This document shows, in pieces, positions 43,137 through 52,790 of a DNA stretch of 64,000 bases. Below the pieces are notes generated by a model. That model made no database searches and was not told the origin of the DNA. It was given only the letters and a program-made list of their open reading frames with translations. The first letter of the stretch is position 1. The number at the start of each line of letters is the position of its first letter. The translations under genes and the position numbers were made by a program. Origin of the DNA: an uncultured Verrucomicrobiota bacterium (GTDB taxonomy: Bacteria; Verrucomicrobiota; Kiritimatiellia; RFP12; UBA1067); contig CAMOCC010000003.1 in NCBI GenBank assembly GCA_946610035.1, positions 3,713 to 67,712 on the forward strand. Reading direction: 5' to 3'.

Positions 43137-45478
43137 AAGCCGAACTCCTAGCCCCGGCGGGGGATTTCGAAACCGCCCTCGCCGCGTTCGACGCGGGGGC
43201 GGACGCCGTCTACTGCGGAATGAGGTCCTTCTCCGCCCGCGCCTTCGCGAAGAACTTCAGCGAGGACGACCTCAAGGACCTCATGCGCGTCGCACGGGCG
43301 AAGGGGCGGAAGGTCTACGTCACATTCAACACACTCGTCAAGGAGGACGGCGTAGAGGAGGCCGTGAGGGAGCTTTCGGCGCTTGACGAAATCCACCCCG
43401 ACGCGCTCATCGTGCAGGATCTCGGCATCGCCAGGCTTGCGCGCAAGTACTTTCCCGGCTTGGAGCTTCATGCCTCCACACAGCTCGTCACCCACAACCT
43501 CGCAGGCGTCATGGCGCTCAAGGAACTCGGCTTCTCCCGCGTCGTCCCCGCCAGGGAGCTGAGCGCGGCGGAAGTGGAGTCCCTTGTGAAGCGTTCGGGC
43601 GGAATGGAGTTCGAGTGCTTCATACACGGGGCGCTGTGCTACTCCATTTCCGGACTCTGCCTCTTCTCGGCGCTCGAGAAGGGCAGAAGCGGGAATTGCG
43701 GACAGTGCGCCTACTGCTGCAGGCTTCCCTACGAGGATGCGAACGGGCGGAAGGTCTTTCCATTCTCCATGAAGGATCTGCGTCTCGGGGAGGATGTGAA
43801 GAAGCTTGTCGACGCTGGCGTCGCCTCGCTGAAGATTGAGGGGCGCATGAAGAGTGCGCTCTATGTCGCCAGCGTGGTCAAGTGGTACAGGCAGATTCTT
43901 GATAGGGTCGAGTTAGGGTCGGATAGGGTCGGAGCAGGGGCTAATAAGGCTGCGTCGAGGTCGGATAAGGGGCCGAAGGTGACTCTTGCGGACCTTGAGA
44001 CAGTCTTTTCAAGAAGGACGACCGAACTCTACCTGAACGGACGACCCACCAACCACCAATCACCAACCACCAACCACCAATCACCAATCGACCCGACTTC
44101 GCTGGGGCATCTCGGTGCGGCGATCGGGACGGTCAAGCGTGTCACGCGCGACCGTGAAGGCGGCGCGTGGCTGAGGTTTCACACCTCGCGTGCGTTGGAG
44201 AAGCATGACGGACTCCAATTCGCCTCCCCGGACGGCGGCAAGCCGCTGGGCTTTGGCATAACGCTCATGCGCCAGGCGATTTCGCGCACCCCGGTCTTCG
44301 AGGTGGCGGCGGGGACCGATGTCGAAATCCTGATTCCCGAGGCTGCGCCGTCATACGACGACCGCTCCGGCGGACGCCGTCCGCAGCAAGGGGCGGGGCC
44401 GTCCGGCACCGACACGCTTGCATCGCGGATTCGCCCCGGCTCGACGGTCTACTGTTCGATGTCCAACGCAGTGAAGCGGATGTTCCCCGCGCCGTCCTTC
44501 AGGCCGAGCGACTACGAGGGTGGTGTCGCAATAGACCTCAAGGTGGTCCTTGGCGAAAGCGCGATCAAAGCAGTGGTCGAGAAGCCCTGCAAGCTTGAAG
44601 TCGAAATTCCATTCGCCCCGCAGAAGGCGCAGCATCCCGAAAAGACGGCTGAAGGGGTCCGCAAGGCCCTCGCCAAGCTTGGCGAGACGGACTACAGGCT
44701 TGGCAGGCTCGTCGTCGACGACCCGGCGAAGCTGTATGCGCCAATGAGCGTCCTTAACGACCTGAGGCGCGACATAGTGGAGAGGCTCGACGACGTTAGG
44801 CGCGAGGAGAGGTCCGAAAGGCTGGAGCGCGCACTGGGCGACGAGCCGCTTGCGCCGGAGCGCGAAGGCGGGACGGAAGGTCCGATGAAGCGGATCAAGC
44901 TCCGTCCCGGACAGAAGCTTCCGGCGGGCGACTGGGACGAGGTCGTCTACGCGATAGACGCGGAGACGCGCGCGGAGGAGCTTGCGCCGTCGGCCAGGCT
45001 GGCTCTTCCCGTCTTCACGCCGGAGGGCGAGTTCGGACGCCTCAGGGTCGCCGTGAAGCGGTTGGTGAGGTCCGGATTCGCCAAGTGGGAGGTCGCGGAC
45101 CTTGCGACGCTGCACATGCTGAAGGAGCTTGGGATTTCTGACATAACGGCGGACTGGACGCTTTATGCGATGAACGCGAGCGCACTCAAGGCGCTAAGCG
45201 ACATGGGTGTGAAGAGGTTCGTTGCGAGTCCCGAAAACGACAGGTCCAACCTCGCATTCCTCGCCGAGAGCGGATACGACGTTGAGTTCCTGACGCAGGA
45301 GTCGACGCCGCTGTTCATCTCGCTGACGCGTCCCGAAGACGGCGGCAGCGGTCTTGCCGGACAGCTTGCGTACTACGAGAGGAACGGACTCTGGATTTCG
45401 ACGAAGAAGACTCCGCGTACGTTCGATCCGCCGGAAGGCGTGTCTACCAGGGCCGATTTGAGCTGGGATGCGATATGA
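43133..45478 (+). CDS. U32-family peptidase-like protein (long form)
   Basis: KAELLAPAGDFETALAAFDAGADAVYCG and E..HGALC.S.SG.C motifs. GTG start overlaps the previous stop. Contains an in-frame 2x21-bp repeat at 44045-44086. Confidence 0.8.
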   Translation: MKAELLAPAGDFETALAAFDAGADAVYCGMRSFSARAFAKNFSEDDLKDLMRVARAKGRKVYVTFNTLVKEDGVEEAVRELSALDEIHPDALIVQDLGIARLARKYFPGLELHASTQLVTHNLAGVMALKELGFSRVVPARELSAAEVESLVKRSGGMEFECFIHGALCYSISGLCLFSALEKGRSGNCGQCAYCCRLPYEDANGRKVFPFSMKDLRLGEDVKKLVDAGVASLKIEGRMKSALYVASVVKWYRQILDRVELGSDRVGAGANKAASRSDKGPKVTLADLETVFSRRTTELYLNGRPTNHQSPTTNHQSPIDPTSLGHLGAAIGTVKRVTRDREGGAWLRFHTSRALEKHDGLQFASPDGGKPLGFGITLMRQAISRTPVFEVAAGTDVEILIPEAAPSYDDRSGGRRPQQGAGPSGTDTLASRIRPGSTVYCSMSNAVKRMFPAPSFRPSDYEGGVAIDLKVVLGESAIKAVVEKPCKLEVEIPFAPQKAQHPEKTAEGVRKALAKLGETDYRLGRLVVDDPAKLYAPMSVLNDLRRDIVERLDDVRREERSERLERALGDEPLAPEREGGTEGPMKRIKLRPGQKLPAGDWDEVVYAIDAETRAEELAPSARLALPVFTPEGEFGRLRVAVKRLVRSGFAKWEVADLATLHMLKELGISDITADWTLYAMNASALKALSDMGVKRFVASPENDRSNLAFLAESGYDVEFLTQESTPLFISLTRPEDGGSGLAGQLAYYERNGLWISTKKTPRTFDPPEGVSTRADLSWDAI
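44045..44086 (+). repeat. 21-bp tandem duplication (20/21 identical) encoding PTNHQSP TTNHQSP inside the U32 gene
   Basis: cccaccaaccaccaatcacca / accaccaaccaccaatcacca. Shares the 13-nt core ccaccaaccacca with the hisH repeat at 497-538. Confidence 0.95.
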
Positions 45479-47172
45479 TAAGGCGAATACTTAGACGGCT
45501 TCCGCTACTCCTCTGGTTCGTTCCGGGGTTCCTGCTGTGGGCGAGCTTCCCGCCGATGGGCGAGAGGATGGACGTCTTCTTCGCGCTTGCGCCGATCCTC
45601 TGGTTCGCGCGGCACAATTCGCCCGGAAGGAGCTTCCGCTGCTGGTTCATGAACGGACTCTTCTTCTGGGTCGCGACGCTCTCGTGGATGCCGGCGATAG
45701 TGAAGAACGGAGGTCCCTGGCCGCTCGTCGTCCTCGGCTGGGGGGCGCTCGCCGCGTACTGCGCACTTTATTTCGGCGTCTTCGGGTGGCTCTCGGCCAA
45801 TGTCTGGCGCTTCACCCGGACGCGCAGCTACGCCTGGCGTCTGGGGGCGCTCCTCCTCGCCGAGCCGATACTCTGGGCCGGACTGGAGATCGTCCGCTCC
45901 CGTTTCGGCGGCGGATTCGCGTGGAACCAGCTGGGCGTAGCCCCGGTGAACGGCGGCCTCGGTGGGCCGGCCGCGCTCGGAGGCGTTTACCTCGTCAGCG
46001 CGCTCGTCGTCCTCGTGAACGGAACCTTCGCCTCCATTGCGGAGCGGATGCTTGCGCAGTTCTTCCCCGGCGAAGACGGCGCGGCCGGGGTGCCGAAGTG
46101 GGCGAGGTCCGTAGAGACGCTCGTCCCGCTCCTGCTCGTCCTGGGCGTGTACCGCGCGTCGTCCGCCGAATTCAGCGCGAGGCGCAGAGCAGCGGAGGAG
46201 GGGCGCGAGGTGGATGCGCTTGCCGCGGGACTCGTCCAGCGGAACTTCCCGTGCGTCTTCAAGGCTGCGGAGGAGGATCCCGTCGACGTCTACAGGTCGC
46301 TCTTCTCGGTGCTGGCGCATGCGAAGCCGGACATCCTAGTGCTGCCGGAGAGTGCGCTGTGCGAATTCGGCTCGGTCGACTCGCGCAACGCGTACGCCTT
46401 CGCCGAGTTCGCGCAAAGGGAGACGGGGGCGCGCGCGGTGATAGCGGGCGGTTTGCGGCGCGAAGGCGGGAAGGAGTACAATTCGTCCGGTTTGTACCAG
46501 AATGGGGCGCAGTTCTACGACAAGGTCCACCTCGTCCCGTTCGGCGAGTTCATCCCCGGCGACAAGTGGATAACGGCGCTGCAGAAGCTCGCCCCGGTGG
46601 GGAGCTGCACGCCAGGGGAACTCAAGACTCTCGACCTCGTCCTCCGCGAAGGCGGCGAGCCGGTGAAGCTAGGCGTCGCGATCTGCTTCGAGGACACGGA
46701 CTCGGCGCAGATGCGCGAATTGGCGCGAATGGGGGCGGAAGCGCTCGTTTTCATCACGAACGACAGCTGGTTCTCGGCATCCATCGAGGCGGAGCAGCAT
46801 GCGTGGCAGGCGGTTGCTCGGGCGATAGAGACGGGGCTTCCCGTTATGAGGGCGGGCAACTCAGGGGTGACGGGGGTGGTCCGTCCCGACGGCGGCTTCA
46901 GATGGCTTTCGGACGCCTCGGGACTGCCCGTGGTGGACAGCCGCGGCACCATGTGCGAGGGCGTGGCGGTGGTCCGCAGGCCCAGTGCGACGCCGTATGC
47001 GAGAGTCGGCGACGCTCCGATTTTCACACTGTTTCTGCTTCTCATCACGGCGATGGGTATGATACAATATACATTCAACCGAAGAAACCGCAGCCTGATG
47101 CCTGTCACTGGCGCGGCGGATGCGGAAACGAATGTTGAACCTGAAGAAAAATATACAACGGAAGAATCATGA
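45475..47172 (+). CDS. lnt: Apolipoprotein N-acyltransferase
   Basis: N-terminal polytopic membrane domain plus a C-terminal CN-hydrolase domain (PE..., [16 protein letters not shown]). 565 aa. Confidence 0.85.
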   Translation: MIRRILRRLPLLLWFVPGFLLWASFPPMGERMDVFFALAPILWFARHNSPGRSFRCWFMNGLFFWVATLSWMPAIVKNGGPWPLVVLGWGALAAYCALYFGVFGWLSANVWRFTRTRSYAWRLGALLLAEPILWAGLEIVRSRFGGGFAWNQLGVAPVNGGLGGPAALGGVYLVSALVVLVNGTFASIAERMLAQFFPGEDGAAGVPKWARSVETLVPLLLVLGVYRASSAEFSARRRAAEEGREVDALAAGLVQRNFPCVFKAAEEDPVDVYRSLFSVLAHAKPDILVLPESALCEFGSVDSRNAYAFAEFAQRETGARAVIAGGLRREGGKEYNSSGLYQNGAQFYDKVHLVPFGEFIPGDKWITALQKLAPVGSCTPGELKTLDLVLREGGEPVKLGVAICFEDTDSAQMRELARMGAEALVFITNDSWFSASIEAEQHAWQAVARAIETGLPVMRAGNSGVTGVVRPDGGFRWLSDASGLPVVDSRGTMCEGVAVVRRPSATPYARVGDAPIFTLFLLLITAMGMIQYTFNRRNRSLMPVTGAADAETNVEPEEKYTTEES

Positions 47173-47672
47173 ACAACGAAGAAAAGTGTCCCTGCAACTC
47201 CGGCAAGACCTACGGCGAGTGCTGCGGTCCCATTCTCGACGGCAAGGTGAAGGCGCCGACGGCCGAGGCCCTCATGCGCGCGCGCTACTCGGCTTACGTG
47301 ACGGAGCACATCCAGTTCCTCAAGTCCAGCGCCGTCAAGGCCGTGCAGGACGAGTTCGACGAGAAGTCGTCCACGGCGTGGAGCCGTGCGGCCGAATGGC
47401 ACGGCCTTGAGATCATCCGCACCGAGAAGGGCGGCGAGGGCGACACGACGGGCGTAGTCGAGTTCCGTGCGATCTACACCGCCAACGGCGAGTTCTGCAA
47501 CCACCACGAAGTCTCCACGTTCGTCAAGGAGAAGGACGGCTGGAAGTTCGAGGACGGCGAGCTCGTCGGCGAGAAGCCGACGGTCCGCGAGACGCCCAAG
47601 GTCGGGCGCAACGATCCGTGTCCGTGCGGAAGCGGGAAGAAGTACAAGAAGTGCTGCGGGAAGGACAAGTGA
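47169..47672 (+). CDS. YchJ-like SEC-C motif protein (UPF0225)
   Basis: N-terminal [15 protein letters not shown] and C-terminal [19 protein letters not shown] overlap with the lnt stop. Confidence 0.8.
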   Translation: MNNEEKCPCNSGKTYGECCGPILDGKVKAPTAEALMRARYSAYVTEHIQFLKSSAVKAVQDEFDEKSSTAWSRAAEWHGLEIIRTEKGGEGDTTGVVEFRAIYTANGEFCNHHEVSTFVKEKDGWKFEDGELVGEKPTVRETPKVGRNDPCPCGSGKKYKKCCGKDK

Positions 47673-47678
47673 CCTGAC

Positions 47679-48335
47679 GTGAAGCCGGCTGCGTTTCTGT
47701 TCGACCTCGACGGAACCCTCGTCGACACCGAGAAGGTGTGGGCGAGGGCGATGGTGGCGTACATCGTCGATCGCGGGGGGAAGACGACCGTGGAGGACCT
47801 CCTGCCGCGGATCGTCGGGCGCAACTGGCTTGACATCGACGCGGCGCTCCACGAGATGTTCCCGATGCTCGGCGACACGACTCCCATGGAGGACGCGTGC
47901 GAGCTGAGACGCTACTACGAGGCCTTCGCGACGGATCCGGCGTCCATGAGGATCGAAGGCTCCATCGCCTTCTTCAAGAGGGCGTCCGCCGTCGCGCCGT
48001 GCGCGATAGTCTCCGGTTCGCCGAGGCGTGACGTCCTCGCCGCGGCCGCGATGTGCGGCATTGCGGAGAGGACGGCGCTCGTCCTCGGGGCGGGCGACTA
48101 CGCGAAGGGGAAGCCCGATCCCAGCGGATACCTAGAGGCCGCGAGGCGGCTGGGGGTCGATCCGGCGGACTGCGTGGTCGTCGAGGACTCGTCCGTCGGC
48201 GTCGCATCGGGCGTCGCGGCTGGGATGAAGGTGATTGCGCTCGAGAGGGGGGCGGTCCCCCAGACGTTCGACGGCGAGACGTGGCGCGTCGCCGATCTTT
48301 CGGAACTGGATTTCGAGAAGGAGTTTGCCGCATGA
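47679..48335 (+). CDS. HAD-superfamily hydrolase (beta-phosphoglucomutase-like subfamily)
   Basis: GTG start. Motif I FLFDLDGTLVDTE. Later SGS, KGKPDP and VVVEDS. Confidence 0.8.
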   Translation: MKPAAFLFDLDGTLVDTEKVWARAMVAYIVDRGGKTTVEDLLPRIVGRNWLDIDAALHEMFPMLGDTTPMEDACELRRYYEAFATDPASMRIEGSIAFFKRASAVAPCAIVSGSPRRDVLAAAAMCGIAERTALVLGAGDYAKGKPDPSGYLEAARRLGVDPADCVVVEDSSVGVASGVAAGMKVIALERGAVPQTFDGETWRVADLSELDFEKEFAA

Positions 48336-48865
48336 GTTCGAATCCCGATTTCGACAGGTGGTACGCAGCGAGGAAGACGAGGATCCTCGTCTCGCCGTCG
48401 CATCAACTCGAGACGTTCGGGTCGACGCTCGTGAACTACCACCTCATATCCGAGCTGGACGACATACCCGGCAAGATCCGCATCAGGGAGGGGCGCCTTG
48501 AGGCGCACCAGCCCCTCGTCATCACGCCGAGGTTGTTCTCCGAATTGACGACGGAGGGGCTCGGCGACGAGGCGAAGGCGTACCTGGAGTTCCTGAAGGA
48601 GACGGAGGAGCACCTGCGCATACTGCGCTACGGCTACCACCTCAAGAGCGACAACTTCTCCGAGCAGATCGTCACCGATTCGCTTGCCGCCGTGACCGAG
48701 CGCGTCAAGGCGGCTGTGAAGGCGTCAAACGACTCGTTCGCCGCCGTTCTGCAGGGTGTGGACGATCCGTGGGACGTCGCGCTCGTGGTCCTGTGGCGGC
48801 ACGAGGTCGAGCGCTCGGCCGGGCGCAACATCAAAGAGCTTAACGAAAAAGGCAAGTTGTTCTGA
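48332..48865 (+). CDS. Conserved hypothetical protein
   Basis: Start MSSNPDFDRWY at 48332 (ATGA overlap with the previous stop). 177 aa with no domain recognised. Confidence 0.55.
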   Translation: MSSNPDFDRWYAARKTRILVSPSHQLETFGSTLVNYHLISELDDIPGKIRIREGRLEAHQPLVITPRLFSELTTEGLGDEAKAYLEFLKETEEHLRILRYGYHLKSDNFSEQIVTDSLAAVTERVKAAVKASNDSFAAVLQGVDDPWDVALVVLWRHEVERSAGRNIKELNEKGKLF

Positions 48866-48866
48866 T

Positions 48867-49844
48867 ATGGAAAGAAGAACCAAAGTAATTGCAATAGCAA
48901 ACCAGAAGGGCGGCGTGGGCAAGACCACGACTGTGGTGAATCTGGCGGCGGCGCTCTCCGCACGCAAAAGGGCGGTCCTCGTCGTGGACCTCGATCCGCA
49001 GGCGCATGCGACGCTCGGGCTCGGCCTCGAGAAGCAGCAGGGCATATCCCTCTACCCCGTCCTCGTCGGGACGAAGGCGATAGAGGACGTGATCCAGCCG
49101 ACGAAGTGGAACAACCTCAACGTCATCCCGTCGGAGGTCGACCTTGCGGGAGCGGAGCTCGAGTTCAGCGCGCGCGAGGACCGTCTCGAGATGATAAGGA
49201 ACGCCCTGGCTCCCGTGAAGGAGTCCGGTGCGTTCGACTACATCATACTCGACTGCCCGCCGTCGCTGGGCATCGTCATGACGAGTTCGCTCGTCGCGTG
49301 CGACGGCGTCCTCATCCCGATCCAGGCGGAGTTCCTCGCGATGGACGGCCTCGCCCTCATCACGGGCTCGATAGAGCGAATCCGCGCTTCGGTGAACCCC
49401 GCGCTGGAGCTGAACGGCATCGTCTTCACGATGGTCAACAGCCAGGCGCGGCTCACGCAGGACGTGATGGAGGAGGTGCGCGGACACTTCGGCGACAAGG
49501 TGTACGAGACGGCGATACCGCGCAACGTGCGCGTGTCGGAGGCGCCCTCCATGGGGACGCCCGTCGTCTTCCTCGATCCGCGTTCGAAGGGCGCGGAGAG
49601 CTACAAGGCGTTCGCGTGGGAGTTCATGGCGAAGAACCCGACGCGCTTCGATGCGGCTCAGGTGCAGCCCCAGGCGGCGAAGCCGGAACCCCCGAAGGCC
49701 GATGAGCCGCAGCAGCAGGACGGCGAGCCCGCGAAGGACGATGCAGCGCCTGCGGTCGAAGAGCCTGCTGTCGAAGCGCCCACGGCCGAAGATCCTGCGC
49801 AGGAGGCGCCGGCACCGGCGGACGAAGGGGGCGTCGCCCAGTAA
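48867..49844 (+). CDS. parA: ParA/Soj-family ATPase with Pro/Glu/Ala-rich C-terminal extension
   Basis: Deviant Walker A KVIAIANQKGGVGKTTT. DLDPQ. ILDCPPSLG. About 65-aa low-complexity tail PQAAKPEPPKADEPQQQDGEPAKDD.... Confidence 0.85.
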   Translation: MERRTKVIAIANQKGGVGKTTTVVNLAAALSARKRAVLVVDLDPQAHATLGLGLEKQQGISLYPVLVGTKAIEDVIQPTKWNNLNVIPSEVDLAGAELEFSAREDRLEMIRNALAPVKESGAFDYIILDCPPSLGIVMTSSLVACDGVLIPIQAEFLAMDGLALITGSIERIRASVNPALELNGIVFTMVNSQARLTQDVMEEVRGHFGDKVYETAIPRNVRVSEAPSMGTPVVFLDPRSKGAESYKAFAWEFMAKNPTRFDAAQVQPQAAKPEPPKADEPQQQDGEPAKDDAAPAVEEPAVEAPTAEDPAQEAPAPADEGGVAQ

Positions 49845-50007
49845 TGGCGGACGGCGCATACGAGCGTCGCGGTCCGCGCGAGGCGGAACTCGCCCATCTG
49901 AAGCGGCTCCTCGCCGAGCAGTCGAAGGGCCGGGCGGCGTGTGCGCCCGACAATGTGAAAGACTCTAGCGAAGCCAAACTTCCCGTTTGATAATTTCCGC
50001 CAAATAC

Positions 50008-50015
50008 TGTATAAT
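50008..50015 (+). promoter_or_regulatory. -10 element (CTGTATAAT); apparent leaderless V-ATPase D gene
   Basis: TATAAT at 50010-50015, with the ATG at 50025 (9-nt gap). Confidence 0.5.
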
Positions 50016-50024
50016 ATTCGACAA

Positions 50025-50639
50025 ATGGCAAAGATAAAACTCACGAAGACGGAGCTGAAGGCTCAGACGGACGCATTGAAGCGCTTCCAGCGTTTCCTGC
50101 CGATGCTGCAGCTGAAGAAGCAGCAGCTCCAAAGCGAAATCGCCGGAATCACGGCGAAGGCGGACGAAGTGAGCGCGAGGGAGCGCATGGTCCGCGAAGG
50201 GCTCGCCCGCTGGGTCGGGCTGTTCGCCACGGACGAGTCCCTTGTCGAAGGGCTTGTCAAGGTTAAGGGCATCAATACGGGGACGGCCAACATCGCAGGC
50301 GTGGCCATTCCGACGTTTGACTCCATAGAGACGGAAGTTAAGGAGGTCGATCCGTGGGCGACGCCCGCCTGGGTCGACGACGCCGTCGAGACGACGACGA
50401 AGGTCCTTTCGCTCCAGTGCGAGCGTGCGATATACGAGGAGCAGCGCCGTCTTGTGACGGTCGAGCTTCAGCAGACATCCCAGAGGGTGAACCTTTTCGA
50501 GAAGGTGAAGATCCCGCAGTGCAAGGAGGCGATCCGCGTCATCAAGATCGCCCTCGGCGACGAGCAGACCGCCGCCGTCACACGCGGCAAGATCGCGAAG
50601 TCCAGGACGCCTGAAACAAAGGAGGAGGACGCGGCATGA
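50025..50639 (+). CDS. atpD: V-type ATP synthase subunit D
   Basis: MAKIKLTKTELKAQTDALKRFQRFLPMLQLKKQQL, the V/A-ATPase D signature. 204 aa. Confidence 0.85.
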   Translation: MAKIKLTKTELKAQTDALKRFQRFLPMLQLKKQQLQSEIAGITAKADEVSARERMVREGLARWVGLFATDESLVEGLVKVKGINTGTANIAGVAIPTFDSIETEVKEVDPWATPAWVDDAVETTTKVLSLQCERAIYEEQRRLVTVELQQTSQRVNLFEKVKIPQCKEAIRVIKIALGDEQTAAVTRGKIAKSRTPETKEEDAA

Positions 50640-52273
50640 TAGTCAAGATGCAGCATTTGGACCTCCTCTGCGTAGCGTCCGACAAGTCGAAGACTCTTGA
50701 ACGCCTTCGCGAACTGGGGGTCGTCCATCTCGATCTCTCCTCCGCCTGCGGAGTCGAGGTTTCGTCCGCGAAGGGTGCGGCGGCGGACGCCGAAAGGGCT
50801 GTTCGCGCCATTCTCAAGGCACGCGGCAAGTCCAAGGTGGAGCGTCTGGTCCGCACGCCCGTGAGCGACGTACTCGCACTTCAATCGGCGATGGAGGCGA
50901 AGGCGGCGACTGTCGAGGAGCTCGACCGCGTCATAGCGGAATACGAACCATACGGAGATTTCGATCCCGCGCTTGCGCAGAAGCTCCTGGACGAGGGAAT
51001 CGACCTCAAGTCCGTAGCCGAGCTTCCAGAGGTCCTTCCGCCGAAGCGCCTTTCCGCCCTCAAGCGCGACCGTTCTGACGTAATCCTGTCGATGGCCGAG
51101 GACGAGGCGCGACTCTCCGAGTGCGACGAGAAGGCGATTCTCGATAGCTATCCAGACCTTGCGGACCGCATTGCGTTCGCCGCCGCGAAGGAGCTGATGA
51201 CGCAGGAGGGGTCTGTCGCCTATATTTCGGGATGGGTTCCCGCGCCAAAGGTCGAGGCGCTCCGCGCCGAGGTCAACGCGTCCGGCTGGGGCGCGCTCAT
51301 ACGCGATCCCGCCGCAGGGGAGGTTCCCCCAACCCTCGTCGAGCCGCCTAGTGTGTTCCGGCCGATGAAGGCGCTTTTCGACGGACTCGGCATTGCGCCC
51401 GCGTACACCGAGGCGGACGTTTCCGTTCCGTTCATGTGCTATTTCTCGCTTTTCTTCGCGATGCTCGTCGGCGACGGCGCATACGGTCTCATCTTCCTCA
51501 TCGGCACGCTCGCCGCCAGGAAGGTCCTGTCCAGGAGCTGGTTCGTGCTTCTCACGACCTTCTCCGTCTCGACTGTCGTGTGGGGGCTGCTCTCCAACAC
51601 GTGGTTCGGTGCGAACATACCGTGGTGCGCGAACTGGCCGACCGTCAAGTGGCTGGCGGACCCGAGCTATCACAACATGATGCTCCTCTGCTTCACGATC
51701 GGCGTATCCCACCTGATGCTGGCGCGAATATGGAACGGTGTGTGCCGACTTCCCGACTCGACTGCGATTGCGGAGTTCGGCTGGGCGGGGGTGCTCCTAT
51801 TCATGTACCTCGTGACGAATTCAATCGTCGGCATATTCAGCGGAATCCCGACATGGGCGTTCTACGTCTTCGGGGCGTCGCTCGTGGCGGTTTTCGGTTT
51901 CTCCGTGAAGCCGTCGGAACTGAAGACGCGCGGCGCGGAGCTGGGGATGCTTCCGTTGAACATCATGAGCGCGTTGGGCGACATCATCAGCTACGTGCGT
52001 CTCTTCGCCGTCGGGCTCGCCTCGGTGAAAGTCGCGGAGAACTTCAATGCGATGGCGACCGGGCTGGTCGCCGGGGCGGACGCCGTGTGGCTGAAGGCGA
52101 TCATGTCCGTCGCGATGGTCGCAATCCTCGTCGTGGGACACGGGCTGAACCTCGCGATGGCGGCGCTTTCGATTCTCGTGCATGCGGTGCGTCTCAACAC
52201 CCTGGAGTTCTCCAACCACAAGGGAGTCTCGTGGGCGGGGTACGCCTTCAGGCCTTTCAAGAAGATCGTTTGA
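50636..52273 (+). CDS. atpI: V-type ATP synthase subunit I (a-subunit)
   Basis: 545 aa. Soluble N-terminal half, then a C-terminal multi-TM half with SYVRLFAVGLAS (conserved Arg). Overlaps the D stop. Confidence 0.8.
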   Translation: MIVKMQHLDLLCVASDKSKTLERLRELGVVHLDLSSACGVEVSSAKGAAADAERAVRAILKARGKSKVERLVRTPVSDVLALQSAMEAKAATVEELDRVIAEYEPYGDFDPALAQKLLDEGIDLKSVAELPEVLPPKRLSALKRDRSDVILSMAEDEARLSECDEKAILDSYPDLADRIAFAAAKELMTQEGSVAYISGWVPAPKVEALRAEVNASGWGALIRDPAAGEVPPTLVEPPSVFRPMKALFDGLGIAPAYTEADVSVPFMCYFSLFFAMLVGDGAYGLIFLIGTLAARKVLSRSWFVLLTTFSVSTVVWGLLSNTWFGANIPWCANWPTVKWLADPSYHNMMLLCFTIGVSHLMLARIWNGVCRLPDSTAIAEFGWAGVLLFMYLVTNSIVGIFSGIPTWAFYVFGASLVAVFGFSVKPSELKTRGAELGMLPLNIMSALGDIISYVRLFAVGLASVKVAENFNAMATGLVAGADAVWLKAIMSVAMVAILVVGHGLNLAMAALSILVHAVRLNTLEFSNHKGVSWAGYAFRPFKKIV

Positions 52274-52334
52274 TATGTTCGATTTGAAATTCTCAAACTT
52301 CAATCTACCAACTACAAACTAAAAGGAGATACAA

Positions 52335-52787
52335 ATGAGTGATGCAGCAATGATCGTAGCGGGCGCAGTCGCCTGCCTGGGGCTCGCCGGAGCGGGAAGC
52401 GCGTTCGGCACTGGATTCGCAGCCGCCGCGGCCGTCGGAGCGTGGAAGAAGTGCTATGCCGCGAACAAGCCGGCGCCGTTCCTCCTCCTCTCGTTCGTCG
52501 GTGCGCCCATCACCCAGACCCTGTACGGAATGATTCTGATGTTCATCATGCTCGGCAAGACGGGAGTCGCCGGAGCGGGCGTGCCCGTTCTCGTCGCCGG
52601 AATCTTCGCGGGCCTCGCCATCGGACTTTCCGCGCTATTCCAGGGACGCGCCGGCGCGGCCGCGTGCGATGCCCAGGCTGAGACGAACCAGGGCTTCACG
52701 AACTACCTCGCCGCGCTCGGCATCGTCGAGACGGTCGCTATCTTCGCGATGGTGTTCGCCCTCATCGCCCTCGGTTACATCAAGTAG
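52335..52787 (+). CDS. atpK: V-type ATP synthase subunit K (proteolipid c)
   Basis: 150 aa, Gly/Ala-rich four-helix proteolipid. SD AAGGAGA upstream. Confidence 0.8.
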   Translation: MSDAAMIVAGAVACLGLAGAGSAFGTGFAAAAAVGAWKKCYAANKPAPFLLLSFVGAPITQTLYGMILMFIMLGKTGVAGAGVPVLVAGIFAGLAIGLSALFQGRAGAAACDAQAETNQGFTNYLAALGIVETVAIFAMVFALIALGYIK

Positions 52788-52790
52788 TCC

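Noticed and set aside
47060-47068. TGATACAAT box inside the 3' end of lnt as a promoter for the ychJ-like gene.
   Set aside because: It lies within coding sequence and is an imperfect hexamer. The ychJ-like gene overlaps the lnt stop (ATGA), which suggests co-transcription. I kept it as an unlisted possibility.
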